DNA of 64,000 bases from Nitrosopumilus sp. (lineage in GTDB: Archaea; Thermoproteota; Nitrososphaeria; Nitrososphaerales; Nitrosopumilaceae): assembly GCA_963667665.2 (NCBI GenBank), contig OY763927.2:608001-672000 (forward strand), in the 5' to 3' direction. The position numbers were made by a program, and so were the translations under genes. This document shows positions 49,626-61,380 of this stretch, piece by piece. Within the stretch, counting starts at the first letter, position 1. Each line of letters opens with the position of its first letter. The notes below the pieces were generated by a model. The model was not told where the DNA came from, made no database searches, and worked only from the letters and a program-made list of their open reading frames with translations.

Positions 49626-51227
49626 ATGACAACATACTACAAGGTGATACGCACCGTGACACCTGCCGATCTCGATACGCGTCCAAGGTTCGTCGAGGTA
49701 TTGAAAATAATGCCCTCTGAGGGGTACGTAACACGCAATCATTTCAAGAATATTGAAAAAAACCATATCACCCGTGGTCTGATGCACGCGTGCTCAATCG
49801 GGATACTCCAAAGAGTCTCGCCACACGATCAGGTCTTGAATCTGGAATCCGTAAAGTTCTGGTGCACTCAGTTAAATGACTCCAACTTGAAGAACACGGT
49901 CTCACCGTCAGATACCAGAAAGTTGTATTTGAATGCACTTTCCAGATTAAACGGATGGTTGCCATGCAGGCAGTTCCCCTCGCACAAGACTGTAATGTCA
50001 GATGGGCAGATAACGCGGCCGCCTATTACAAAGTCGTTTGCAAATGTGGAAGAGTTGTTGCACTATTGTACAGAGTCAGAACATGGCACAAAGACTGCAC
50101 AACGCGTTATACGTGAGTATGTGACAGATGCACATATAGTACAAATGTCCAGTAGTGTACAAACCAACATACGCACCGCCATAAAGTCGTACTTTAAAGT
50201 GAATGATATTCCACTTGATATTCCAAAGGTCAAGAAAAAACAGGCAGACAGTACGCTAGATGATGACCCCATGACCCTTGAGGACTTTTACAAGATGTTG
50301 CAAACAGGAACTCCTGGAATAAAGATGAAGACGATCATGATCATAAAGCTTCAATCTGGCATGGACTCCAGTACACTTACGGACAGGTTCAACTACGAGG
50401 GGTATCGACAGATAGTCAAGTATTTCAAGACAGACGACCATAATTCATGGAGCCTTGATTTGTGTCCCGTTCCAATCAAAACTGTCCGTGTCAAGACTGG
50501 TGTGCGGTACACGACGTTCCTTGAGCGTGATGCCATCGCACAACTACAGGAATACCTGACATGGAAGGAGACAAAGCACGGCAAGCAAGATATTGCAAAA
50601 CCACTGTTCATGACAACGAGAAACAGGCCTATATCTTCAATATGGCTATCGACGTGCTTTTCACAGGTGGCCGTTCGTGCGGGAATACAGAAAAAAGTGT
50701 CGCATAGGGTATACAAGATTAGGGCACACGAGGTACGCGACCTTTTAAAAAGCACGCTTATGGCAAGCAAATGCGCACAGTATGCGGCAGATCACGTGCT
50801 CGGACACGCACCGAAGGACTCGTATGAAAAGTCGGCCGTGTTGTATCCGAAGGAATTACGTGCAGAATACGCCAAGGCGTCCTCACGCATCAACATATTC
50901 TCAAAGGTGGAAAGTGTCCTGAACACGGCAAAGGATCCTGCCAGTCAGGACGCCCGCATAAAGGAGCTGGAGGCGCAGGTAAAATCATCAAAACAGTCCA
51001 AAACAGAAAAAAATATGACGGAAGAAACTAACAACGATATCGTAAAAAAACTGTCTCAAAAACTCGATTACGTGGTATCTATAATTAACTCACTGCCCAT
51101 CGACACCAAGGAAAAAATAGCTGACAAACTTGAAGATTTAGACAAACTTGAAGATTTAGACAAACTTGAAGATTTAGACAAACTTGAAGATTTAGACAAG
51201 TTTAAGGATTCTGACGACACGGACTAG
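49626..51227 (+). CDS. Atypical tyrosine recombinase-like protein
   Basis: SGMDSSTL, RVKT, HEVR, LGH, SY motifs; higher GC than the host. Confidence 0.85.
   Translation: MTTYYKVIRTVTPADLDTRPRFVEVLKIMPSEGYVTRNHFKNIEKNHITRGLMHACSIGILQRVSPHDQVLNLESVKFWCTQLNDSNLKNTVSPSDTRKLYLNALSRLNGWLPCRQFPSHKTVMSDGQITRPPITKSFANVEELLHYCTESEHGTKTAQRVIREYVTDAHIVQMSSSVQTNIRTAIKSYFKVNDIPLDIPKVKKKQADSTLDDDPMTLEDFYKMLQTGTPGIKMKTIMIIKLQSGMDSSTLTDRFNYEGYRQIVKYFKTDDHNSWSLDLCPVPIKTVRVKTGVRYTTFLERDAIAQLQEYLTWKETKHGKQDIAKPLFMTTRNRPISSIWLSTCFSQVAVRAGIQKKVSHRVYKIRAHEVRDLLKSTLMASKCAQYAADHVLGHAPKDSYEKSAVLYPKELRAEYAKASSRINIFSKVESVLNTAKDPASQDARIKELEAQVKSSKQSKTEKNMTEETNNDIVKKLSQKLDYVVSIINSLPIDTKEKIADKLEDLDKLEDLDKLEDLDKLEDLDKFKDSDDTD
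51123..51199 (+). repeat. 18-bp tandem repeat (GACAAACTTGAAGATTTA) x4 plus a partial unit
   Basis: Perfect repeat encoding DKLEDL x4. Confidence 0.95.
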
Positions 51228-51371
51228 ATCCAGGCGTGTCGGCTACGCAACTACTACAATTTTTAGGTCTTTTATAGAAATCGTATACGTATTGTATGTC
51301 AGTTAATAGGGTTCAAAAAATACTGCACGAATACCGCACGACCCTCAAAATGTGCAGGCACGAAAGCGACT

Positions 51372-51569
51372 ATGCCGTACTGTACGATTACATGGAGATG
51401 GAGCACCCTACTGTGCCATTCGTGCTGGACTGAGGAAAAACCGGTACGCATGGACGAGGACACCGTGAAGATATACAGGCCGAGACAGTTGAGAGCTGTA
51501 CGGGTAAGGTGTCTGAACTGCAACACGCTTGTCACGGAGCAGAAAAAGTGCACAAAATGTTTTCAATAA
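51372..51569 (+). CDS. Small Cys-rich Zn-finger protein
   Basis: CHSC...CLNC...CTKC. Confidence 0.5.
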   Translation: MPYCTITWRWSTLLCHSCWTEEKPVRMDEDTVKIYRPRQLRAVRVRCLNCNTLVTEQKKCTKCFQ

Positions 51570-51815
51570 CATTAACTGTACGGTTTGAATCATTCTGTGA
51601 ATACGGATAACCTGGAAAACTCCCTGCCAGCAGACACTGTTCGTGATGTTTGCTGTCAGAATCAACGTATGTTCCACTCGTCATAGTACGACTCGTATTG
51701 TAATGTGGTTAACCTGTCAAATTCTGTTACGTTAATACCACATTAAGCATAGTCCTGTAAACAGTACCAACATGACGTACAAGATAATTTAGAAACGTTT
51801 TCTGCCCGCATTTTA

Positions 51816-51955
51816 GGGGCTTACATATTTGAGTACACACCTGTGTTTATTTCGTCATGTTGCTTCGGTTTCCTTTAGTTTGTAGGCATATTGATGACTG
51901 TATTTAATATATTTTTTATGATTTTTGTTGTTGTGTACTTATGTATATAGGCCCC
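51816..51955. mobile_element. MITE-like internally deleted IS
   Basis: Imperfect 23-bp inverted ends GGGGCTTACATATTTGAGTACAC / GGGGCCTATATACATAAGTACAC (18/23). Confidence 0.5.
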
Positions 51956-52093
51956 GAAATCTCTGCATACAACCTTAAATGACGAATTTGATGTGCTTTG
52001 AGAGTATTTCCTGTTTTTCTAGGCACGACGTGAACATATATCTTTTTTAACAATACGTATCAAGAATTGTTATGTCTCTGGAGAAATACTGAA

Positions 52094-53374
52094 ATGATTA
52101 AAATTTTATGTATATCGTTGCTTGTACTACTGTGTGGCATCATCCCACTATCCTTTGGTGAGAATGCAGACGAAATCTGCAAGCAGGCAGTCTACTATGA
52201 GCAATGCTTATTCGAAAATTGGGTGATGATGTATAATGCAGACGAAATCTGCAAGCAGGCACTCTACTATGACGAGATTTATGGTGTTTATACCGAATTT
52301 GGCGTCACAGATTACGAGATGTCTACAGGCGACTTTGTGGCCTTGTGCAATGATGATGAGTATGGAACTTTTGACATCTTCCTGTCTGCTGATCAGCCCG
52401 GCACTCTGACCATGACTGTCTCAAAGGAACCATTCGATCTTATGGAACGGTTTGATTATATTAAATCCTGTAATTATGACGAATACACTATCAACGGCAG
52501 TACTATAGATTCCCATAATGCAGGCATTACTGCCAGTCAGCTATCTCAGACAGACAACTCACGAATAATTCAATTTACTTGGGACAAACCAGTACGTCAG
52601 ATCTCGTACTCGCATAATTCTGTTTCATGCATTCAGGGTCACAATGATTTAGGACTTGAACCCTCAGAACCGTTTCCTACGCGTAAACCAACATCATATA
52701 CTCAAGGTAAGATTGATAGAATATCTTACTGTCCTTCCAGTTATGTTGTATACCTTAACCATACTATTGTAAATGCTACTTTGATCCAATTTTGTGCAAG
52801 TTATGGTAACGTAGACTACAAAATCAATGCCTTTGATGATGGGTATATTGTATTGGATCTTCCCAATGATTTTTTAAGAGATGATAAGCCTTTTGAAATC
52901 TATGTATATTCTTTGAATACTATTTTTAACGTAGATTATAATCGTCCATATCCTCCCGTGTACAAACCTGTAGATGATGATCCTGTAGCTGATGAGATAA
53001 ACAAGTCACTACAAATTACACGATTGGGCACATATGACACTTTTAAGAGATATCATATCCCTTTTCTAAAGGGTGAAAATTTCCATAATCTGGGGCAGAT
53101 TACTAAAGCTATAATTTATGACATGACAGACATTCTTGCCAAATACCAAACACCTATTGGGAATATTCCTACTAGTCAATACGACATTCCAATGGAAATT
53201 ATGTCACCTAAAAAGCAATTTGAGTCAGGGATAACATTAGAAAACATTCAATGTAGAGAATTCAAGATTCTTATGCAGTCTCCTAGAAATTTACCGGCAT
53301 GTATTAATGAGTCATCTGTAGATAGTCTAATCGATAGAGGATTCATAAGGATTCTGCAGACAAATCTTGGTTAA
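52094..53374 (+). CDS. Secreted/surface protein with thaumarchaeal C-terminal SPKKQ...PAC...RG domain
   Basis: Signal peptide; SPKKQFESGI..IQC...PACI..LIDRGF. Confidence 0.8.
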   Translation: MIKILCISLLVLLCGIIPLSFGENADEICKQAVYYEQCLFENWVMMYNADEICKQALYYDEIYGVYTEFGVTDYEMSTGDFVALCNDDEYGTFDIFLSADQPGTLTMTVSKEPFDLMERFDYIKSCNYDEYTINGSTIDSHNAGITASQLSQTDNSRIIQFTWDKPVRQISYSHNSVSCIQGHNDLGLEPSEPFPTRKPTSYTQGKIDRISYCPSSYVVYLNHTIVNATLIQFCASYGNVDYKINAFDDGYIVLDLPNDFLRDDKPFEIYVYSLNTIFNVDYNRPYPPVYKPVDDDPVADEINKSLQITRLGTYDTFKRYHIPFLKGENFHNLGQITKAIIYDMTDILAKYQTPIGNIPTSQYDIPMEIMSPKKQFESGITLENIQCREFKILMQSPRNLPACINESSVDSLIDRGFIRILQTNLG

Positions 53375-53628
53375 TTTTTGCATCTATACCAACAACGAAA
53401 AATTCATATCAACATTTAGAACAAATGTATGATCTGACCATCATCTCTGAAAAATATGGTATATGTTGAACACTCAAACGAAAAGAAAAGATACATTAGG
53501 CAATGAATTTAGAACTTGTACTTGTTTTTGATCTTTATACGTAAAATTTTTTCTTTATCATATGACAAACTGTTCATATTGCGATTTAGACATAGGCAAT
53601 GAACAAAAAATTTGTTTTGACTGTTCCT

Positions 53629-54160
53629 TGGTGGGGACCCCTCTAGAAGGAGAACACTTGCATCCATATACATTAGACCCAACACTGGAGGACAAATATC
53701 ATGGTAAAGAGCAAATTTACACCAGAGCAAAAGATCCAGATTGTACTGGAATCGATCAGAGCCAGCATGCACGGTAGAACTGTGCCGCAAGCACAATATT
53801 CACCCACAGACGTTTCATAACTGGAAACAGAGATTCATGGAGTCCGGCAAAGCAGGCCTGAGTCAGTCAGGAAAGAAGGATCCAATCAAGACCATGAAAA
53901 AGAGAGGGGAGGATTACAAGAGACTGATAGGCGAGCTGACCATTGCCAACGACATTTTAAAAAAAACTTGGGAGGAAGGCAGAGATTGAGTGCCGTCAGA
54001 GAACTGTGTGAAAAGATGAGCCTGCGCAGATCACTGCGCTATGCCGGAATATCAAGACGCATGGGTATCACAAACCCAAAGCAAGGGAGATCGGTCTGGA
54101 TCCGGCAACCGTGCAAGCAGTGCAGAGGATAGGCGGCAAGAGACCCACCTACGGTACGCG
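53629..54160 (+). mobile_element. IS3-family left-end remnant (frameshifted orfA, start of orfB)
   Basis: IR TGGTGGGGACCCTCTAGAA; MVKSKFTPEQKIQIVLE / ELCRKHNIHPQTFHNWK; ends at PTYGTR. Confidence 0.85.
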
Positions 54161-54752
54161 TAGTACCGGCCATTAAGATCCACTCACTTTGCACGCGTCA
54201 TTGACTTTGGGCCTGACAACTGTTGTGCAAATCCAAGCGGTGTAGAGCTTGTGTCTTTTGCCTGCATTACAGGCACGAGACTGCAGGTAACTGCCGTGTA
54301 AATCCAAGTAACGTGTGGAGCTGACGCGCACGAATCGGATGCGGCGTGAAAAAATGCGCGAGCAGCGGGCGTACATAAAAACAATCTTGAACGCCGGTGT
54401 AAAAAACCCCGATTATGGAATCATGTAATCCATCTGCTTGACCGGCAGGAGCTGTCCGGTATCGATCAGAATCTGGATTGACTTGGCAAGTTCTTCGGCA
54501 TTATTGAAACATCGCTCGGCAAGCATGATTAATTTGGGCAGAGTTTGAAATGCTGTTATTCTGTATAGCCGAATGAAAAAATTGAAATCTTCTAGTCTAT
54601 TTGATCGATCCAATCCTGAAAGTACCAGTATAATTAGTAGAATACAGGCATAGAACGTGATTTTTTAGAATTTCTTGGGTCGCTAGACTTCACAGGAGAA
54701 AATAGGTTATCATAACTTCCCAAAACCATTTACAATATATTTAAAATCAGAT

Positions 54753-56189
54753 TCAGATCCCAAAAAAACCCTTTACAGATACAAAAGTGAAAATACCGAT
54801 AACAATGGCAAGAAGAATTTCTATAATAGAATTAGTTTGCACTGTTTTTTGTAACTTTAAACTAGTTTGATTGTAAATGTAATCAGTCATTTTGTTTATG
54901 GGTTTATCCGTCGAGTCAAGTTTCTCAGCAATCGCAGAAAAATGATTTTTGATCATATTTGCAACAAGTTCAAAATACGCTTGTTCCCCAACACGATTTA
55001 TTAGAACCCCAGCAAAGTTATCTGGTTTTGGAGGTATTGGAATTTCAGATATTCCAAATATTCCTCTTCTAGAACTCATTTCATCAATCTGATCTATAAC
55101 TTTGTTTTTGGTTGAATTGAGAAGTATGCCCATGCTTGCATAGTTACCTTGTAAAGCAGATATACCGTTTTGAAAATCAGTGATCTGGGAAGTGTTATTT
55201 TCATTTAGCATATGCTGTATTTGTTTTCTTTGAGATTCAAGTTCTTCGGACAACTTGTTCCTAACAATTTCAAAATACGATAACCATGTAAATATGCCAG
55301 TAACAAACAAGTGAATATTCATTGCACTAGTGACAGAGAAAAATGTTTCCAAATTAGGACCAAACATTTTAATTTCTTTTTCTATTCCTTGACTATCAAA
55401 TTTTGGGAGACATACACTAATTTGATATTCGTGCGTGATTGTTACGCCACATGTTTGTAATTCTCCGCCACCTCCAAATTGTTCATAATGGGTAATGAAA
55501 GAAAGCACACCACCGTCAAAATTTATTGCAGATAAAACAGTCGGTAAACTAAAAACCTGCAAGAGAGATAATTCGCGTAATTTTTTACTATGTTGTGTAG
55601 AACGTAATCTAAATTTTTTATTTTGGTACTGAAGTGATAACAACTCTCGTACGGATTTTGTACCTTCTTGTAGGTCATCCTCAGAATTGATAACATGATG
55701 CATATGAAATCTAGGTTTAATTCTAGACATTTCATAAACTTGGTTGGATAAACCGTTGAGACTTTGTAAATACAATTGAAATGGAACAATTAATTTGGCG
55801 GAGTCAGTGATTGCAGATTGTTCAGACTCGAGAGATAATTGGACATATATCAGTAATTGAAAATACGGCAGTTCATTACATTCTAATCCCACTAGGTACA
55901 CTTGTTGGATTTTGCTTTTGAAAACTTGAGCAAAGTTTCTCTGATCTGGTTCATTTTGTTTATCGTCAATGTATTTTAAAAATATTTCAAAGTCATCAAC
56001 TTTCCAAACATGTTTCTTTTCCAGAATCCAGTTTGTATGACCAGAAATACTGGTATTCCCTGATTTATTTTCGAAGACAGAGGGTTGTCCAAAACATTCA
56101 TTTAGTTTTTGTATAATGTGTTCTTTTTGATCTTTTTCAAATATGTCATTAGTTTCTAACGCTGAAAATTTTATCGTTGATGCAGTCAT
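54753..56189 (-). CDS. Hypothetical protein with coiled-coil region and C-terminal TM helix
   Basis: 478-aa ORF ending IIEILLAIVIGIFTFVSV. Confidence 0.8.
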   Translation of the reverse strand: MTASTIKFSALETNDIFEKDQKEHIIQKLNECFGQPSVFENKSGNTSISGHTNWILEKKHVWKVDDFEIFLKYIDDKQNEPDQRNFAQVFKSKIQQVYLVGLECNELPYFQLLIYVQLSLESEQSAITDSAKLIVPFQLYLQSLNGLSNQVYEMSRIKPRFHMHHVINSEDDLQEGTKSVRELLSLQYQNKKFRLRSTQHSKKLRELSLLQVFSLPTVLSAINFDGGVLSFITHYEQFGGGGELQTCGVTITHEYQISVCLPKFDSQGIEKEIKMFGPNLETFFSVTSAMNIHLFVTGIFTWLSYFEIVRNKLSEELESQRKQIQHMLNENNTSQITDFQNGISALQGNYASMGILLNSTKNKVIDQIDEMSSRRGIFGISEIPIPPKPDNFAGVLINRVGEQAYFELVANMIKNHFSAIAEKLDSTDKPINKMTDYIYNQTSLKLQKTVQTNSIIEILLAIVIGIFTFVSVKGFFGI

Positions 56190-56288
56190 CGTTAATTAGA
56201 ACTATATTATTCTATTAAATTTTTATTGAATTCTCAATATGTGAACACATGAAAAATACCCGAATATAGTTGCTGCGATGAATTAACC

Positions 56289-56520
56289 GTAATAGGTTAG
56301 GTCGCCCAGAATGCTTCTGACAGCTTTTCAAACCAGTTCAGCCCCAAATCTCCCACGTGAGCATGCATGTCATTATGGTGCAGAACATGATCTTCCCTCC
56401 GACGGTTAACCATCTTTTGGCGTATTTTGCGGCGTATCGCCACCTTGCGCAACATGCGTTCGGACTCGCTGTTGGTAGGCTCCATGCCAGGGTAACGTAT
56501 GAACGTGAACAGGTCAGGTC
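56289..56520 (-). mobile_element. IS66-family transposase 3' remnant
   Basis: PGMEPTNSESERMLR...RK; GTAA terminus. Confidence 0.75.
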
Positions 56521-56880
56521 CTCTTGCTGATGTCCATCCCCATATTTTTCATCTTTTTATCACCTTTTTGCGGATTGTTTCTGGTGGATCGGAAGATGCA
56601 ATCACCTATTCAGTGCGCGAAGCACAGGAACGCAACAACTCGGGTTGCTCCATTCAAGATAAAGTGCGCGAAGCACGTATGCAAGGAGGTCGATCCGTTA
56701 TGGGGTTTACGACGAGAGTGTTTTTACATGCATTCACACTATCATGAGCGAAAGTCTAAAATTAAGCGAATGTGAGGATCTGCGAGGAATACAAGATATG
56801 GTTATTCGGAATTCAAAGTCATGCGTGGAAAAAGAAAATGTCAGAAATCTGTGGCTGTATAACGTGTAAATTGTGATGGC

Positions 56881-57612
56881 ATGAATGATAATCACAATCC
56901 AGATGTTCAGTCTGCTGACGGCGCTGATGTAGATCAGATTACTGTAATGTTTGACACTAGTGTTCTCCTTTACGTGATAATGGACGAGGTAGGGCTGAGT
57001 CATGACATAAAATTTACACCGCATGTACGCAAATTCGTCAAAGGGAAGAACCAGGCAGTATCAAAAGAGGTAGCCAGTCAAATCGAAATAAGACTGAAAG
57101 AAAAAAAATCCAAAGGAAGGGCCAGAAACGAATCTATAGGAGGATCAGGAGTAGGATCCATGATAGAAAGAGCTGTGAAGACCCTAAGAGAAAAGTATGA
57201 GATAATAGATACAGATGAATGGAAAAGCTACTCTGAAAAGATAGAGAACATACTGAGCACATTGGTTTCAAACCCAGAGCACGCCATGTCACAGAACTGG
57301 TTAACAAGGAAAAAAACATTGCTGTTCAAGAAGAACAAAGATATAAACGGATTAGAGACGATCGAAGCAAAGAGGGACGCACTTAGAATTCTAAAAAAAG
57401 AGATGCTGAAAGGAAAAGACATAACAATATTGGCAAAGGCAATGAAGATGTCAGAAACTAGAAAGATCCACTTTGTATCAAATGATGGAGATCATGTCTT
57501 CCTTGGCAAATCGGTTATGGCGCTCACAAAAAATCGCATGCGGGTGTACAAACCTGGAAACTGGGAGATATATCATGTTCAACTTATCCTAAAACTCTCC
57601 AGTACATCATAA
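56881..57612 (+). CDS. PIN-domain-like nuclease; native end displaced by IS5
   Basis: MFDTSVL, E, DITIL and SNDGD acidic catalytic pattern. Confidence 0.65.
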   Translation: MNDNHNPDVQSADGADVDQITVMFDTSVLLYVIMDEVGLSHDIKFTPHVRKFVKGKNQAVSKEVASQIEIRLKEKKSKGRARNESIGGSGVGSMIERAVKTLREKYEIIDTDEWKSYSEKIENILSTLVSNPEHAMSQNWLTRKKTLLFKKNKDINGLETIEAKRDALRILKKEMLKGKDITILAKAMKMSETRKIHFVSNDGDHVFLGKSVMALTKNRMRVYKPGNWEIYHVQLILKLSSTS

Positions 57613-58457
57613 TTGATGCCAAATACACAAACCCAAGATAATTATCACAGTTCTTCTCATATCTGATTCTTGTTCTATGAAATCCATTCTTCAACCATGC
57701 AAAGAATCTCTCAACAACAAACCTTGTCTTGTTGTAATTGTTCTGCATGTTATTTGGTACGATGAATTTGGAATTATTCCTGTATGGAATGCAGCATCTG
57801 ATAGAATGATTTCTCAGATAATTCCTGATGTATTTTGCATCATAGCCCTTGTCTGCATACACTGATACGATCTCTTCTATCATAGAATCATCTACAAAAT
57901 CTGAAATTGATTCCATGACATCGATGAATTTCGTACTATCATGTTGATTTGCAGGACTGCATACAATTGATATTGGCAATCCATTACTATCTACGGCAAC
58001 ATGTATTTTTGTACCTAGAATCTTCTTGAAACCATCATATCCAGTTACGTTGCCCCTTTTTTATTGGAAATTGATGATGAATCAACTGATATCTTTTGCA
58101 GATTAATCTTGTTTTGTTTGTAAGCTGATTTCATTATTCCAGAAAGAATCTTTTTCCATACTCCTTTTTGCTGCCAGTCTTGTAATCGTAGATGTGTAGT
58201 TGATTTGGAACCATACTTTTCTGGTAATTCTTCCCATCTGCATCCAACAGTTAGAACAAATAGAATTCCATTAATTGTTGTTCTATCATCACATCTTGGT
58301 CTGCCTGTTCTTGCAGGTTTTGGTAAATGTGGTATAATTGATTTCCACTGTTTGTCTGTTAGTTCTTTATGAATCATAGAAATGATTTGATAGATGTTAT
58401 TGTTAGATCCATACTATCATCAAATGTTTACAAAATGATCTGTTTTAGGATGAGTTG
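57580..58457 (-). mobile_element. IS5-family element with a two-ORF frameshift transposase
   Basis: IR CAACTTATCCTAAAAC / CAACTCATCCTAAAAC; TSD GTT; orfA 58045-58377 ends at A6G4; orfB has ADKGYD and VERFFAW. Confidence 0.92.
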
Positions 58458-58527
58458 GTTACATGAATGTTTCAATTTTAGCTTGAGATAAGAAAATGAT
58501 TAAACCTAAGGATTAGAGTATCACATT

Positions 58528-59338
58528 TCATTAAGCTGTAACAGATGCATCTGAAAAACAGCCGCAGTCTTTGCGTTGCCGGTTTCTTTGCGCGAACAAC
58601 TGCAGTAAACCTGCACTTGAGTGACGAGAACACTAATTCTACTATGCTGCGCTGGTGGTACGTATCTTCAAACTCTTCAGGGTTTTTCCTGCCACCTGAG
58701 CATCTCTGCCCTTGGACCGAATCCATTTACCACATGGTTCTTGCGGGTGCAGATCACAGGCCTCCTGCCGGTATTGCGGATCATCCTGTAGTTCTCGTTT
58801 GCATCGTATCCTGCATCAAGCATTACGCATCCTGCGCCATCAGGAACCTTTTTGATCATCTCCTGAAACGCCGGCGAATCATGCACCCATCCCCAGATAA
58901 CTGCACAGGATGCGATCTTTCTCCCCTTTACGTCAGTAACTATGTGCAGTTTGACGAATTCGCGCCTAGAGATGACGCCTCTCTTGGCATCCTCCCACTC
59001 AGCATACCTAATTATGGCAACCACGGTGGAGTCGCCCAGCAGTGATCCGTGCGCATAAGATACTGCCTGCCTTTCTATTATCTCGTGCAGCCAATCATAA
59101 TCTGCCATTATAGTGGCCGCATGATGCAGACAGGATTTTGAGGGAACAGTTTTTAATCCGTACATGTGTAATGTTCCTTGATGTGTCTGTAGGTATGAGA
59201 CATGCTGACGGTATGAATGGCAGCGAAACTCTCGGTCTGCAAGACATGCCATGTACGAGATCATTTGCGTTTCACTTGGTGTAGTGGGCAAATAGATCTC
59301 AGATAGGAGGGTAACGAGGGCCTTTATTCGTAACCTAG
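58528..59338 (-). mobile_element. DDE_Tnp_1 (IS4/IS5-like) transposase pseudogene
   Basis: DST, KLH, HDSP, LDAGYD; frameshift into YHQRSIVELVFSSLK. Confidence 0.75.
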
Positions 59339-60410
59339 TTACGTGGCCTTCGCCCCTATACGCCATCGCTTTTTGTACTCCTCTGGAATATCTTTGATGG
59401 TTCGTTTTATGTACTGGCGTTCCAAATTTGTGGCATACGTCAGATACTTCCATTTTCTCCCATCCTTTGTTTCCTTGAGACGCTTCTTTATTACCAAATT
59501 AAACCTGAACACTGTTCCGTTACTGGATCTCATCTCATACTTTGATACTGCCTTTCTTTTGCCACAGCGAAACTCTGCGACGGCATTTTTGATTCCCGGC
59601 GTCTTGCTTACTGCCATCAGGAACCTCTCACCACGCCCGTTCAGAAAACGCATCATCTCTACATTGGCAAACTCCCTATCCATGAAAAGCACTGGCTTTT
59701 TGAACCCCTGTTTGAGCGCCTCTGAGAGTAATTTACGCACAAATTTGACCTTGGTCACATGCTCTGTAACGTGTACGACCGCTATTGTAGGCAGCTGTTC
59801 TTCTGTGACTGCCTGCATTGTGGCGTACGTCTCGAACCTGGATGTTCCGCCCTTGGGCTTGCCACTGATTACAAGGCTGTCATTGTGCCTGTCTGCGCCT
59901 GTAAACGGGATCAGGTGTTTGTCTATGGCCAGTATGTGACCTGTCTTCTTCTCAAGACCTAATCCGTTCTTGACTGTATTATTTAACATGCGTCTGCACA
60001 GGGTGTCCATCCTGTCTGAACCTATTGCACTTATCATCCCTAACAGCCACTGAGATGTCGGGATGCAGATGTTCTTGTCATCTTTGAGCATGACTGACAG
60101 ATCTGCCACGGCCTTGTTGGCAGTCGATCCGGTCTTGCACATGTGTAACAAAACCAGAGGCATCCTTGAGATCGTACAGGGCGTTATACTTTATTGAAAA
60201 TGGTATATTTACATATTCCAACGCGTCATGCAAGACCTTGAATTCTTCTTTCGTAACGATGTCCCGGAAACTTTGTTCATTTTTCTGGTTTGACATGTTA
60301 ACTGGTTAAGTTTTGAACATTTAGCGTCGTATGTCAAAAAATAATGTCAATTAGATTATGAGATTATGAGCAAAAAAACCATTTACGGAGCACATTTTCA
60401 ACTTCTGACA
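59339..60410 (-). mobile_element. ISH3-like transposase pseudogene
   Basis: LAIDKH.IPF.G, MDREF, YATN, YKKRWRI truncation; frameshift near 60165. Confidence 0.75.
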
Positions 60411-60750
60411 TAGGGGTCGATCCATCACCGAGATTACGACGAGTATGTTTTTACATGCATTCAAACTAGATCCGAGTAGTGCTGTTCTATTGTACGGAAA
60501 TTAGATTCGCCTAAGTTTAAGCGTATCATAAAGATTATTTTTCGTTGGTTTTTCGTTGATTCTTTTATCGTTTCGGCGGCCGGATCCGAAGCAATCACAC
60601 TCATCAAGTATGATTGCACACCAGGGTTCTCAAACATGATGGGACTGAATCAGAATACCATTCCGTCAAGCGTGTTTTACTTGGGCCCGGCCTGATTTGG
60701 GACTGATCCGTGGGAGAGTCTTTATTATCTGTCGCGCCACACACGTACAG

Positions 60751-60945
60751 ATGCTCCAGAAATGTCCAGAGTGCGGGAGCGCCAAGGTGGCGGAGATAGT
60801 CTAATGGTATCTTAGTTCAGATTGGGAGAAGGACGTGGACTCGGGCAAGGTGGCGTTGGGCGGGTGCTGTATTCCTCCAGATACGCGCAGCTGGCGATGC
60901 CGGTACTGCGACCACGAATGGGGAGAGGTGGAAGGGTTGGACTAG
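60751..60945 (+). pseudogene. Small Zn-finger protein with internal stop
   Basis: KCPECGSAKVAEIV*...LGGCCI...WRCRYCDHEW; TAA at 60802-60804. Confidence 0.65.
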
Positions 60946-61149
60946 CTATCGCGGCACTCGGATTTGGTGGCCCTTCAAACGAGCCTTGGGAGATGTTTTT
61001 CATGGGGTTTGTTAGGTTTTTCACCACAGGAAACCACATGCAGGCTGTTTTATCATAACATGTGTCTGCGTGCAGGGCTCATTGCCTTTACGTGACGGGA
61101 GCGGCGCAGGTGGGGAAGGGCATCAAACATGGCAAACTCGGGCTTCAAG

Positions 61150-61380
61150 TGATCGGATTGAAGTGGCCGCTACTATACACGAGGGTATGGAGCCTACGAA
61201 CAATTCCGTAGAGCGGGAGATACGATACCCGGTAATACATTGCAAGATCCGCGGCCAGATTGGAAGTACTGGGAAGATGGCAAGGTTTGTCATACTGCAT
61301 ACCTGCATCATGATGTGGCGCAAGCAAAACTGAATTTTTATCAGGAATGGATCGCATTCTACTGGCACATGCTTGAGTCA
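61150..61380 (+). mobile_element. IS66-family transposase 3' remnant
   Basis: EGMEPTNNSVEREIRYPVIHCKIRG. Confidence 0.7.

Noticed and set aside
52163-52272. 38-bp direct repeat with a 34-bp spacer, resembling a CRISPR unit
   Set aside because: Only two copies, in frame inside a surface-protein ORF (NADEICKQAxYY), with no cas genes; it is an intragenic duplication.
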